64,000 nt of DNA from Abditibacterium sp. (GTDB taxonomy: Bacteria > Armatimonadota > Abditibacteriia > Abditibacteriales > Abditibacteriaceae), in contig CBDASK010000003.1 of the NCBI GenBank assembly GCA_965199495.1, positions 1,632,001 through 1,696,000 of the forward strand. Direction: 5' to 3'. Position numbers and translations under genes: made by a program. This document shows positions 38,652-48,864 of this stretch, one piece after another (within the stretch, counting starts at the first letter, position 1; each line of letters begins with the position of its first letter). Below the pieces are notes generated by a model, which was not told the DNA's origin, ran no database searches, and saw nothing but the letters and a program-made list of their open reading frames with translations.

Positions 38652-39530
38652 ATGAATACTCACAAAATCTGGCTCGATACCGACATCGGCTCCGACATTG
38701 ACGACGCCCTCGCGCTCGCCTTTTTGCTCAACCGGCCTGACTGCGAACTGCTCGGCATTTCGACCGTTACCGAAATCGAAAATCAACGCGCGAAATTGGC
38801 GTCGGTTTTGTGTCGCATCGCCGATAAAGACGTGCCGATTTATCCGGGCACGCAGCATTCTCTCCTCGTCGAGGCGCCGCAAAAAACGGTGCCACAAGCC
38901 GTCGCTTTGCCGCAATTCACGCATGAAACGCGGTTTGCCGCGCCCGCTTTCGCCGCCATCGCCGCGATGCGCGCGGCGATTTACGCGCATCCCGGCGAAG
39001 TGATGTTGCTGGGCATCGGGCCGATGACGAACCTCGCGCTTTTATTCGCGATTGACCCGCAAATTCCGCGTCTGCTCAAACAATTGGTTTTGATGTGTGG
39101 GCACTTTATGGCGGGCGATAAACACTGCGAATGGAACGCTTTGAACGACCCGCATGCGACTGCGATGGTTTACGCGGCGCCGGTCGCGCGACACGTTTCG
39201 ATTGGATTGGATGTCACATTACAAGTGACGATGAAGCGCGCCGAATTCGAGGAGAAATTGCGCCAATCTCGCTATGGCGCGCCGATTCTCGCGATGGGCG
39301 GCGCGTGGTTTGAACAAAAAGACGAAGTGACTTTTCACGACCCGTTGGCCGCCGCCACGATTTTTGAGCCTGAAATTTGCGAGTATCAACGCGGACAAGT
39401 CGCCATCGAAAGCGCCGATGCGCAAAGTTTCGGCTTTACTGATTGGAAAGCGGGCGCTTCTCAGCCGCATCAAATTGCGACATCGGTTGACGCTGCGCAG
39501 TTTTTCCAACTCTACTTTGCGACCATTTAA
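38652..39530 (+). CDS. Inosine/uridine-preferring nucleoside hydrolase
   Basis: DTDIGSDIDDA, GPMTN, EWNALNDP and HDPLAA motifs. Confidence 0.92.
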   Translation: MNTHKIWLDTDIGSDIDDALALAFLLNRPDCELLGISTVTEIENQRAKLASVLCRIADKDVPIYPGTQHSLLVEAPQKTVPQAVALPQFTHETRFAAPAFAAIAAMRAAIYAHPGEVMLLGIGPMTNLALLFAIDPQIPRLLKQLVLMCGHFMAGDKHCEWNALNDPHATAMVYAAPVARHVSIGLDVTLQVTMKRAEFEEKLRQSRYGAPILAMGGAWFEQKDEVTFHDPLAAATIFEPEICEYQRGQVAIESADAQSFGFTDWKAGASQPHQIATSVDAAQFFQLYFATI

Positions 39531-39537
39531 TTTCACT

Positions 39538-40629
39538 ATGAACACACCCGTTTCCCCGCCCATTCCTTCGGGATTTGCCGCCGTTTTTCTCGATTTTGAA
39601 AATGTTTATTATTTCTTAAAAAACACTTTTTTCGATCCGCCAGAACTCAACGATCATATTTTGGAATTATTGCGCAATCTACGTCAGAAATTAAGCGCCG
39701 ATTATAGTTTAGATAGCATTGTATTAAACGCCTACGCCGATTTTGAACGCTTGGATTCGTCGCCGCAAAGCGCGCTTTATTTGTTGGGCGTGGATACCAA
39801 AAACGTGTTGGGCACCGATCACAAAAACGCCGCCGATATGCGGCTGTGCATTGACGTTTTGGAAGTGCTTTACACGCGCGCCGAAATTTCGACGTTTGTT
39901 TTGGTGGCGGGCGACCGTGATTATATTCCGGTCATCCAACATTTGCGGCGCCAAGCGCGGCGCGTTCTGGGCGTCGGTTTTCGCGAAAGCGTTTCGGGCG
40001 ATTTGTTGCAAAATCTGGGCGAAAATCAATTTTTGGATGCGCGCGAATTGCTCAATCCCGCCACGCTCGAACGCTTGGAAACGCGGCGCCAAGAGCAGCA
40101 AAAATTGCACGACGAACGCGAAAAACGTTTCGCTGACCAAGCCCGCGAAATCGGCGAACGCGTGCGCAATGCGCAAAATCAAGCGGCGCCCGTGGCTGAT
40201 AAAAACAGCGTCAAACCCGTCGCGACAAATCAGCAAAGTTCGGGAGTAAATAAAGTTCAGAACGATTCGTGGTCGGGAGGCTATGAAGAGAAAGCCCTGC
40301 GCGCCGCGCCTCTGCCCGCGCTTCCGCCGCAGTTCGCCGAAGTCTCGCGCATTCACGACAAAAACGCGTTGGATTGCCTTAATATTATTTTGCAGCGCAT
40401 TCATCAGCTCGAACAAAACTATGGCACACGCGAATTGTGGCTCGGCCCGTTTTTGCGCCAACTCACCGACGAAATGCCGATGTTGGCCGAATTCGAGCGC
40501 CGCAATGCGCTCGACGATCTGGCGCGCGCCGGAGCGACTTTGGTCGAAAAACGCGAGGGCGATCCGCATCCATTTTCGGTTTTGCTGGTGAATTATCAGC
40601 ATCCCGACGTGTGGGAGTTGAACCCGTGA
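39538..40629 (+). CDS. NYN domain (LabA/DUF88) protein with a C-terminal winged-helix-like domain
   Basis: FLDFENV, KNAADMRL and VAGDRDY motifs. Confidence 0.85.
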   Translation: MNTPVSPPIPSGFAAVFLDFENVYYFLKNTFFDPPELNDHILELLRNLRQKLSADYSLDSIVLNAYADFERLDSSPQSALYLLGVDTKNVLGTDHKNAADMRLCIDVLEVLYTRAEISTFVLVAGDRDYIPVIQHLRRQARRVLGVGFRESVSGDLLQNLGENQFLDARELLNPATLERLETRRQEQQKLHDEREKRFADQAREIGERVRNAQNQAAPVADKNSVKPVATNQQSSGVNKVQNDSWSGGYEEKALRAAPLPALPPQFAEVSRIHDKNALDCLNIILQRIHQLEQNYGTRELWLGPFLRQLTDEMPMLAEFERRNALDDLARAGATLVEKREGDPHPFSVLLVNYQHPDVWELNP

Positions 40630-40646
40630 ACGAACAGCGTCGCGGC

Positions 40647-41252
40647 TCAGAAACTTCCGCGACGCTGTTCGATTTCCATCGCGTTAATGCTGCCTTCGTG
40701 CAGAATAAAACAAAATCGAACGCGATTGGTTTGCGCTTCTCGCAACCGGTCGCGCATCTTTTGCAAATCTTTCACAACGGCGCTCGCTTCTTCCAGCGCA
40801 GTGAGATTGGCGCGCAAATAGTGAATTAAGGCAGTTGCGATTTCCAAACCTGCTTCTGGTGCGTGCCAAGTCATCGCTTTCCCACTTTGCTCGTCGGTGA
40901 AGCCGAACGAAGTGAACGCCTCGATTCCCAATTGTTCGCAGAGTTGATCGAGGCCAACGCAATTGCGCGAGAGCGGCGCGCTCCAAACCCAACTGCCGGG
41001 CACTTTCGCTTCAAAATAGAGGACGAGTTTAGGTTTGGATATGACGGAAATGCAGAACACCAGCAGCAAATAGAGAAAGAACCCGCCAACCCACGAGGCC
41101 AAACCAATCGGCGCATTGGAATAGATAACGTTGTAAGACAACCAGAAAAAGACGACGCCAACGACGAAAAAGAACGGCAGAAAGCGAGCGATTCCTCGTT
41201 TTAAACCTTGCCAGTAGGCTTGCGGATAACCGCTGTATTTGCCTTTTCGCAT
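40647..41252 (-). CDS. Hypothetical membrane protein
   Basis: Two N-terminal TM segments; TAAAAT 8 nt upstream of the ATG. Confidence 0.65.
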   Translation of the reverse strand: MRKGKYSGYPQAYWQGLKRGIARFLPFFFVVGVVFFWLSYNVIYSNAPIGLASWVGGFFLYLLLVFCISVISKPKLVLYFEAKVPGSWVWSAPLSRNCVGLDQLCEQLGIEAFTSFGFTDEQSGKAMTWHAPEAGLEIATALIHYLRANLTALEEASAVVKDLQKMRDRLREAQTNRVRFCFILHEGSINAMEIEQRRGSF

Positions 41253-41291
41253 AACTACTAATTTTAGTAGGTTTTAGTAATTGTTAGTAGT

Positions 41292-41524
41292 TAACCCCGT
41301 GTGCAAGTTGTTTTTAGCTCCTCGCCTTGTCATTCTGAGCGCGGGCGCCCTCTGGGCAGCAGGAACGAACGCAGTCGAAGAATCCATAATGTTGAACTCG
41401 CGACGAACGTCAAACTCCGTTACAACCTGTGGATTCTTCGACTGCGTTCGTTCCTGCTGCCCAGAGGGCGCCCGCGCTCAGAATGACAAGGCGAGGAGCT
41501 AAAAACAACTTGCACACGGGGTTA
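41292..41524. repeat. Very long palindromic element, family B
   Basis: About 95-bp perfect arms containing TGTCATTCTGAGCG...GTCGAAGAATCC and GGATTCTTCGAC...CTCAGAATGACA. Confidence 0.93.
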
Positions 41525-41546
41525 GTTAGCCGCGCCGATTAAATTT

Positions 41547-42350
41547 TCAGGCGCCGTGGTGCGCGCGCAGCAGCGAAATCATTAAGCCAGAACACTCGTT
41601 TTCTCCGGCGTGATGATAAGCCACGGCCAAGTTGCGCAGCACGCGGGCGACGACATCGCGCGCCGTGGCTGCATCGGACATCTCGGCGGGCGCGGCCTTT
41701 TGCAGCGTGGCGACTTCGCGCGCCGACAACACTCTGCCACCGTTGAACGGATCGAAAACGGTGCGACGACGACTGTCGCGCGCCAGAAAATGACCGGGAA
41801 AATTGCAGCCTTCGATATGTAAGCCGACACGCGCGCCGACCAGCATGAAAATGCACGCCAACGTGATTGGCAAACCGCCGCCGTTTTCCAAAACGTGGGT
41901 CAAATTCGAGTTGAGCGGATTGTAATAATGGTCTGCGCTGGCACCGCGCAGGCCGTTTTGATCGAACAAAAACGTCGCCAGTGCGACCGAATCGGGGCAC
42001 GATTCCAACGTCAAAAACGTGTCTGCCAAATCGTCTAACATTGCGGCGGCACGCGCGGCATCGCTTTCGCCGCGTTGCCAGCGGCCCAGCGCGCGCAGAC
42101 TGCTTTCCAGATAAAGTGCTTCGTCGGTTTCGTCTTGCAATTGCGCCCATTGCGCGCGTAGAGAGGACTCGTCGTGCGCGGAGAAAATCTCGGTTAAAAT
42201 CGCGTGTTGCGCGGGCGAAACCGGCAATTGGTCGGTTTGGATAATCGGCCAAATCTCGGCGCCCAAATCGCGAATTTTGACGGTGACGCGCTCGCGCACA
42301 ACAGGCGACGGGTCGTCGAGCAAGCGCAAAAGAAAAGGGAGATCGGTCAT
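41547..42350 (-). CDS. SirB1 / transglutaminase-like core 2 family protein
   Basis: YYNPLNSNLTHVL, GLPITL, NFPGHFL and DPFNGG motifs. Confidence 0.88.
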   Translation of the reverse strand: MTDLPFLLRLLDDPSPVVRERVTVKIRDLGAEIWPIIQTDQLPVSPAQHAILTEIFSAHDESSLRAQWAQLQDETDEALYLESSLRALGRWQRGESDAARAAAMLDDLADTFLTLESCPDSVALATFLFDQNGLRGASADHYYNPLNSNLTHVLENGGGLPITLACIFMLVGARVGLHIEGCNFPGHFLARDSRRRTVFDPFNGGRVLSAREVATLQKAAPAEMSDAATARDVVARVLRNLAVAYHHAGENECSGLMISLLRAHHGA

Positions 42351-42400
42351 GAGCGACAAAGCAAATCGCGTCAAGTTTAAACGATTTTTGCGACCTGAAT

Positions 42401-44224
42401 TTACACGCGTCCAAGCGTCGCCTGCAAGGTCAGAATAGCGCCGATTAACGTGATAATCGCGGCGCTCGCCAGCGGCAAATAGCGCACGAGCGCGCTATCC
42501 TCGTTCAGCGCGCTGAGGCGCGACATACGATTGCGCGCCGAAACAACCAACAATCCGATGGCGATCAGCGCCGCCGCCAGACCGATGCTAAACGCCACAA
42601 TCAAAATCATGCCATAGCCGATGCGGTGCATTTTGACCGCCGCCAACAAAACCACAATCGCTTCGGGACAGGGCACGATACCGCCCGAAACGCCCAGCGC
42701 CACCAGAGTTTTCGTGGTAATCGGCCCATCGGGCACCGCGTGAGAATGCGCCTTGCCGCCATGCGAATGAACGTGCGCGCCGTGTGAATGTCCATGATCG
42801 TGTGAATGTGGATGTGAATCGTGAACGTGCGCGTGATCATGTTCATCGTGCGAATGAGAATGCGATTCGTGAACGTGCGTATGTTCTTCGTCATCATGCG
42901 CATGAATATGTTCGTCTTCGTCATGCGCGTGAATATGAGAATGCGCGCCATGCGAATGTGGGTGTCCTTCGTTGTCGTGCGCGTGCGCGTGAGTGTGTTC
43001 TTCGTCATGCGAATGCGCGTGTTCCTCATCATCGTGAGTATGAGAATGCGCGCCATGCGAATGCGCGTGTCCTTCGTCGTGAGCATGAGAATGATCATGT
43101 TCGTCATGCGAATGTTCGCCGTGATCGTGCGTGTGACTGTCGTGCGAATGCGCGTGACCGTTTTGCAAACCTTGATAACGCGACATGAACAGCCATAGGC
43201 CGACGCCGAAAATCATCAGGCCGCTCAATGCGCTCAAGACTGGATACAATTTTTCGGCGACAAAGTAGCGAGACGCCAATAAGAGCGCGAAACCCAGCGC
43301 GAAAACGCCGAATGTGTGCGTTATCGTCACGATGAGGCCGAGCGTTACGGCGTGACGTGGCGTTCCGCGCGAACCGACGAGATAGGCCGCGACCATCGTT
43401 TTGCCGTGGCCCGGCGCCAACGCATGAACCGCGCCAAAAGCGAGCGCAATTAATAATCCCCAGATGATAACGGTCGGCGTCAGAGTCTTTTCGGCGATGC
43501 TCTGGGTGAAGCGATTTTGCGGCGTATTGCGGTTGGAATTCCCATCGGGCGCGGGCGTTTGCGCGTTATTCGCTTCGGTTGGCGCGGGCGATGCGCCCTG
43601 CGCGCCCGCCGCGACGACGGAAAAGTGGGCGCTGTCCTGACGCGGCGGCACAACTCCGGCGTCAATCGGGAAAACCGTTAGTCCGCGACTCTGGTCTGTG
43701 GTCGCCGCATCGGAGTTGGCGAGGGCCAGACTTTTATCAGCCACGGCGATAATCTCTTTCCAGCCGGTGCGATCCGCGAAGTTGGAATCACGATAAACAA
43801 CGCTTGTGTTCGCGCCTTCGGCCAGCGGCGTGGCTGTATCGATCTTGACCAATAAAGTCGCCAAATTGCCCGCGCCAAATATCACTTGAAGGTCAGACGC
43901 GCGCGCGTTTAATGCGACTTTTTTGCCGTCAATTTGCAATGACAAATTGCTCAACAACTGCGGCACGACACTTTGCAAATAAGCGTTTTTTTCCGCCACG
44001 CTCACCACATCGTTGCGGTTGGCGTCCAATTTCGCCATTTGGTCAATGGTAGGAATTTCGGCGAAATCGAGAATGTAATGCAACCGCAGTTCGCCCTGTT
44101 GCGCCTCGAAACGCGCGTAATGGTTGATGGAAAAGTTGCCCATCGGATGCGCGTTCGCCGAGCGCATCGGAGCGAATAATGCGGCAACCAAACAAACCGT
44201 AAACCAGAGCCGGAATAATTTCAT
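42401..44224 (-). CDS. Ni/Co transporter (RcnA/HoxN-like) with a periplasmic N-terminal domain and very long His-rich loop
   Basis: Signal peptide then HPMGNFSINHY; HALAPGHGKT and GIVPCPEA motifs; His/Asp/Glu-rich insert. Confidence 0.9.
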   Translation of the reverse strand: MKLFRLWFTVCLVAALFAPMRSANAHPMGNFSINHYARFEAQQGELRLHYILDFAEIPTIDQMAKLDANRNDVVSVAEKNAYLQSVVPQLLSNLSLQIDGKKVALNARASDLQVIFGAGNLATLLVKIDTATPLAEGANTSVVYRDSNFADRTGWKEIIAVADKSLALANSDAATTDQSRGLTVFPIDAGVVPPRQDSAHFSVVAAGAQGASPAPTEANNAQTPAPDGNSNRNTPQNRFTQSIAEKTLTPTVIIWGLLIALAFGAVHALAPGHGKTMVAAYLVGSRGTPRHAVTLGLIVTITHTFGVFALGFALLLASRYFVAEKLYPVLSALSGLMIFGVGLWLFMSRYQGLQNGHAHSHDSHTHDHGEHSHDEHDHSHAHDEGHAHSHGAHSHTHDDEEHAHSHDEEHTHAHAHDNEGHPHSHGAHSHIHAHDEDEHIHAHDDEEHTHVHESHSHSHDEHDHAHVHDSHPHSHDHGHSHGAHVHSHGGKAHSHAVPDGPITTKTLVALGVSGGIVPCPEAIVVLLAAVKMHRIGYGMILIVAFSIGLAAALIAIGLLVVSARNRMSRLSALNEDSALVRYLPLASAAIITLIGAILTLQATLGRV

Positions 44225-44238
44225 AGGAGAGATAAAAT

Positions 44239-45573
44239 CTACTTCGCGCCCAGACGCTTCAAAGCGTCGCGCGCGATTTGCGGTTGCGACGGATCGAATT
44301 GCGGATTAATTTTCAAAGCCAACTCCAAATCACGGCGCGCTTCGTCGTTTTGGTGGAGCGCCGCCGCGATCATTCCGGCGTGAAACCACAGCATCGCATC
44401 GCGCGTATTCCATTTTAACGCGTGCTTCATGTTCGCCGCCGCTTCGTCCAATTGCCCGGCTTTGAACAGCGTCCACGCCAAAGTATCGTAGGCATAAATA
44501 TCCTGACGCACTTTTAGTTCGCCGCGCGCCAGAGCGACGGCTTTTTGCGGTTGCAAATTGTGATCGGCGTAATAAATCGCGCGCTGCCGGTCGTATAATG
44601 CGCCCTGCGCTTCCGATAAATCGCCGATTTTTTCGACGAGAGCAAACTGCGCCGCCGCCTTTTGCGGCTGGCCCAACGCTTTATAATCGTCGCCCAACAG
44701 CGCCAACGCGTCGGGCGTCGGCACAATCGCTGTCGCTTTGTCGCCCCACGCAATCGCCTTCTTCCAATTGTGACGCGCCGCTTCCAAACGGGCCAGCGCC
44801 GCCATCGTGCGATAATCGCGCGGGAAAACTTGCAGCGCGCGCTCATATTCGCGCGCGGCTTCGTCGAGTTGGCCGTTCATAAACAACGCGCGCCCGCGCC
44901 GTTCGTGAAACCACGAGATGCTCTGCACTTCGGCGTCAATGCTCGAATCGGCTTGCGCCGTGGCTTTGGTCAGCAAATCGAGCTGGCTTTTTGTCTCGCC
45001 CTTGAGTTCGCTATAACGCGACATCAACGCGTAAAACGAGGGATCGTCGCCTTCGGGCGGCGACTGTTTGGCGTATTTTTCGGATTGCGCGTAATCGCCC
45101 AATTCGTAAGAAATATCGGCGGCCAAACGGTAGCCACCGGGATTGACTGGCGCCGCGCGCAGGGCGATGTGACGCGCCTCCGTAAAACGATGTTGGTTGA
45201 GCAAGGCGCGCGACAGTTGCAAAAGCGCGCTATCGGTCGGGCGAATTTTGAGCGACGCGCGCGCGGCCTGTTCGGCGCGCGTAATATCGGCGCCGTCGCC
45301 GGTTTCGCGATAACTTTCCAGATACCAGTGCGCCAACTGTGCGCGCGAAATCGCGTCAATCGAATCGAGCTTGGTTTGCGCGGCCCAGAACTTCAGGTTT
45401 TTCTGCACCAACTGCGGATCGTAAGGCGCGCGTAGCGCCGAAGCGTCCGCACCAATATCGCGAGTGTGCGGATAAACCGGTCGTGGCGCGCGCGCCGATT
45501 TGGTTAGCGCCAGAGCGCCCGCGCCAATGGCTCCGACAGCGCAAAAAGAAATCAACCAGCGACGCAAATTCAT
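44239..45573 (-). CDS. Tetratricopeptide repeat protein, membrane-anchored
   Basis: Multiple TPR-like helices; DIYAYDTLAWTL motif. Confidence 0.85.
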   Translation of the reverse strand: MNLRRWLISFCAVGAIGAGALALTKSARAPRPVYPHTRDIGADASALRAPYDPQLVQKNLKFWAAQTKLDSIDAISRAQLAHWYLESYRETGDGADITRAEQAARASLKIRPTDSALLQLSRALLNQHRFTEARHIALRAAPVNPGGYRLAADISYELGDYAQSEKYAKQSPPEGDDPSFYALMSRYSELKGETKSQLDLLTKATAQADSSIDAEVQSISWFHERRGRALFMNGQLDEAAREYERALQVFPRDYRTMAALARLEAARHNWKKAIAWGDKATAIVPTPDALALLGDDYKALGQPQKAAAQFALVEKIGDLSEAQGALYDRQRAIYYADHNLQPQKAVALARGELKVRQDIYAYDTLAWTLFKAGQLDEAAANMKHALKWNTRDAMLWFHAGMIAAALHQNDEARRDLELALKINPQFDPSQPQIARDALKRLGAK

Positions 45574-45686
45574 GGGAAAACAAAGTGTGCGCGAACGCGC
45601 CACAAACTTCACGCGCGAGGCGCAACAAATCACGGCGAGCGACAAGAAACGGAACGACAAACCGCGAGTTTTTCGCGTTTAAATCA

Positions 45687-45729
45687 AAAATAGCGGCGAA
45701 AGTCGTGAGACCTTCGCCGCTACTATTTT
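45687..45729 (-). terminator. Terminator-like hairpin after the DUF4331 genes
   Basis: AAAATAGCGGCGAA-loop-TTCGCCGCTACTATTTT. Confidence 0.65.
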
Positions 45730-45741
45730 CGCAAGCGTCGT

Positions 45742-46332
45742 TCAGTTGGGCGCTTGCAGATAGGGGAAGCTGGCAGAGTATTGGTGTCCGCTCGAATCCA
45801 CGTTGTCGGTCGTCAGAGTCGGAATCTCTTTGCCGTCGTCGGGCGCGAGGCCCAACGCGGGCACCGTATTGCCAAAGACAACGCCCAAGGACGTGTCAAC
45901 GACATCGTCCTGCAATTTGCGACCGCCGAACTTGCCGCCAGTCGCGCCGCCGGTTTCGACGCCCAAATAGGCCGCCGGGCCGGACTGCGACAGATCGGCT
46001 TTCATCACGTCGGGCACCAAAACCGAAGCCACGACATTAGTGATAGCATCCGAGCGGCCCGCCGGGAACTTCATAAAGCCTTTGATGTCAGTGGCCAATT
46101 GGCCGGGGTCATCGGTCGGGTTGTCAATGTTGTTGACGCGATGGCGACGCTCGGCGACAGTCGCCAGAACTTCGTTGACGACGGGACGAGCCAGACGCTC
46201 TTGCTGTTCGTAAAGTGCGGGGGTGTTGGGGCCAGTGGGGATACCGCTGCCATTGCCATTGCCGCCGCCGCAACCCGCCAATCCGACCGCGACGACGCTC
46301 AGAGCGCCGCTTAATTTCCAGATGTGTTTCAT
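45742..46332 (-). CDS. DUF4331-like lipoprotein (resembles the C-terminal half)
   Basis: LAGC lipobox; ERLARPVVNE, GGRKLQDDVVD and FPYL motifs. Confidence 0.78.
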   Translation of the reverse strand: MKHIWKLSGALSVVAVGLAGCGGGNGNGSGIPTGPNTPALYEQQERLARPVVNEVLATVAERRHRVNNIDNPTDDPGQLATDIKGFMKFPAGRSDAITNVVASVLVPDVMKADLSQSGPAAYLGVETGGATGGKFGGRKLQDDVVDTSLGVVFGNTVPALGLAPDDGKEIPTLTTDNVDSSGHQYSASFPYLQAPN

Positions 46333-46356
46333 GATTTTAAGGAAAGAGCGAGGCTC

Positions 46357-47103
46357 TTATTTTTTGAGGGTGCTGGCGGTCTCCCACACGCCGATTTTGC
46401 CGCCGCCCAATTTCGCCTTGGGCACTTCGACGACAATCGCCAACAGGTTCAGGTTGTCAAAGAAATCTTGGGCCTGACCTTTGGGACGGAAAGTCGTGGT
46501 CTGCGGAGTGTTGGCTTCCATGATGGTGTTCTTCTTTTTGGAAGGATCGAGAGCCGACAAACGGTCGGGCAAAATGGCGCCCAACTGGTTCAAATCGAGG
46601 AAGAACGAATCGGCACGCGCTCCGGCGAAAACTTTCATGCCAGCGGTCGGCGTAAACGGCTGGTTAATGGTGCCAGTTATCGAATAGGGCGTCTCGAACT
46701 GTGTGGTCGTGCCGATGCGCGAAGGCTTAGCCGGGCCAGAAATAAAGACTTTCTGGTTGGGGCCAGTGCCCTCGAAGCGCGCCTGAATCACCAAATCTTC
46801 GACGGCGTCGCCGGTCGTGTCAATTTTGAACTGATACAAGACGTCGGGATCGAAAGAGAAGTTGGCGGCCTGGCCCGCTGGAATGAGCGGATGAACGCTC
46901 ATGGCGAGAACCACGTTGTTGGGGTCTTGGCCGGGGAAGATATGCAGATCGGTGAAGTCGATGCCGGGTTTGTTGACCGATTCGACGGTGTCGGCGTGAT
47001 CGGAGCCGATGGCGAACTGCGCGGTGCCCAGCGAGACGGCGGCAACAACGGCCAACGCTCCGGCACCGAGCAGCAATTTGCCGCGTTTAGTGGGGATTTT
47101 CAT
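46357..47103 (-). CDS. DUF4331-like secreted protein (resembles the N-terminal half)
   Basis: Signal peptide then SDHAD; DFTDLHIF, YQFKID and FAGARADSFFLDL motifs. Confidence 0.8.
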   Translation of the reverse strand: MKIPTKRGKLLLGAGALAVVAAVSLGTAQFAIGSDHADTVESVNKPGIDFTDLHIFPGQDPNNVVLAMSVHPLIPAGQAANFSFDPDVLYQFKIDTTGDAVEDLVIQARFEGTGPNQKVFISGPAKPSRIGTTTQFETPYSITGTINQPFTPTAGMKVFAGARADSFFLDLNQLGAILPDRLSALDPSKKKNTIMEANTPQTTTFRPKGQAQDFFDNLNLLAIVVEVPKAKLGGGKIGVWETASTLKK

Positions 47104-47341
47104 GTTTGTCTCTGAAGTGTTCGGACTTTGAATTTAAGCAGCGAACTGGCTAAACCAAAATACGTCCTCAAAATACCTGAGCAATCTCACTCTCAGCAAC
47201 TCTGAACTTTGAGATTCTACTTAAAGACAAGCATAACTAAATTCGTGTCAAGTTGCAACAAAAATATATGAAATTTCTTCACTTGTTACGTTTTAAAAAT
47301 AGGGTAACACGAATGTTTTATTTGAATTTTCAAAATGATAT

Positions 47342-48124
47342 TTAATTTTGGAAAAATGATCCATCCGAGGGCGCGTGCGCACGTTCCCAAGCGCGCTGTT
47401 TGATGTCGCGATTGCGAAACAGGCAAACCAGCAATAATCCGGCGACGGCGCCGCCGACGTGCGCCCAATAAGCCACGCCGCCGCCGTCGCGCGTTTGCAC
47501 CGTGATATTGACGATTTCGCCGACGCCCGAAAACAGTTGCATCGCCATCCAAGCGCCGATGACAAGAAACGCGGGGAGGGCCACAATGCCGAACCAGCCG
47601 ATGAGAACGCGCACGCTTTTGCGCGGATACAAAACCAGATAGCCGCCCAAAACTCCGGCGATGGCGCCGCTCGCGCCCAACGACGGAATGATCAAACTCG
47701 TCCCGCCCGACATTTGCGCCGCGACAACGTGCGCCACGCTCGCCAGAACGCCGCATAAAATGTAGAAAACGGCGTATTTGAAATGGCCCAGCGCGTCTTC
47801 GACGTTGTCGCCGAAAATCCACAGAAATAACATATTGCCGCCCAGATGCGCCCAGCCACCGTGCATAAACATCGCGCTTAAAATCGTGAGATAAATCGGC
47901 GTCGGGCCGGGCGCCTGCGGAATCACGCCGCCGCGCGTTGAGATGTTTTGCACGATGTCGCGCCCGCTTGTAATTTCGGCGGGCACGACCGAGTAACCGT
48001 AGGTAAACGCGTCGTTTGGCAACTGCAACAACACGAAAACCGCGATGTTAAGCGCGATCAAAGCGTAAGTGACATAAGGCGTGATATGGCGGTCGGAGTT
48101 GTCGTCACCGATGGGGAAAAGCAT
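47342..48124 (-). CDS. Rhomboid family intramembrane serine protease
   Basis: HGGWAHLGGNM, GASGAIAG and AYWAHVGG motifs. Confidence 0.93.
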   Translation of the reverse strand: MLFPIGDDNSDRHITPYVTYALIALNIAVFVLLQLPNDAFTYGYSVVPAEITSGRDIVQNISTRGGVIPQAPGPTPIYLTILSAMFMHGGWAHLGGNMLFLWIFGDNVEDALGHFKYAVFYILCGVLASVAHVVAAQMSGGTSLIIPSLGASGAIAGVLGGYLVLYPRKSVRVLIGWFGIVALPAFLVIGAWMAMQLFSGVGEIVNITVQTRDGGGVAYWAHVGGAVAGLLLVCLFRNRDIKQRAWERAHAPSDGSFFQN

Positions 48125-48192
48125 GGTTAGCATAATGAAAACGCGCGCTGAGACAAACTCAGCGCGCGCGATTTAGTAAGTTTGCCACCGTT

Positions 48193-48681
48193 TTATTTGA
48201 CTTTGACGAACGTCATCGCGCCCGCCGCGCCCGGCGTGGCTCCTGCGGGCGGCACCATCGAAAGCGTTTTGTTGTCGGCGCTGATTTGCATCACCATCGG
48301 CTTGCGCGCCTGAGCGTTGGCATTGGGCATTTTGCTCAAATCCACCGTGCCCATTTTGGTCATGTTGAGCGTGACCGTATTGGCCGCTTCGTCTATTTTC
48401 CAGTCGCCACTAAATTCCATCATCATATTCATGGCGAAGGTTTTGTCTTGCTTCAAGTCGAGCGTGACGTTTTCCAACATTTTCTTGGCCATGTCCATGC
48501 CCATCTGTTCTTGAGGCGTTTTGCCCTTGGGCATATTGGCGGCGAACTTGGTGGAATCCATTTTCCACTGGCCGACGAGTTGCGCCTCACGGTTGCCCGC
48601 GCAACCGCTCATCATCGTGACGGCGATAATCGTCAGCAGCAGATAGGCGCGCAGTTGCAGCATTTTTTGAATTTGGAGCAT
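48193..48681 (-). CDS. Hypothetical lipoprotein
   Basis: MSGC lipobox-like site then LVGQW; start may be a few codons downstream. Confidence 0.7.
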   Translation of the reverse strand: MLQIQKMLQLRAYLLLTIIAVTMMSGCAGNREAQLVGQWKMDSTKFAANMPKGKTPQEQMGMDMAKKMLENVTLDLKQDKTFAMNMMMEFSGDWKIDEAANTVTLNMTKMGTVDLSKMPNANAQARKPMVMQISADNKTLSMVPPAGATPGAAGAMTFVKVK

Positions 48682-48864
48682 AGTTTTGTTTATCGTTGAA
48701 GTGCTTCGGAAATAGCAACGAAAGATTGCGCGATAGTGTAGCTGTTATAAATTGTATTGGCGCGCTTCTATTAATCACAGGGAACAAGGGGGTTTTCGGG
48801 TTGACCGCCAATTTTGTGCGGTGTAGAATAGTAGCGCCCCTAAAAATTTGGTCAGTGTTTTCCA

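Noticed and set aside
42607..43198. Met/Arg/Val-rich repetitive ORFs (MRMRV...)
   Set aside because: Alternative-frame and antisense readings of the His-rich loop of the transporter.
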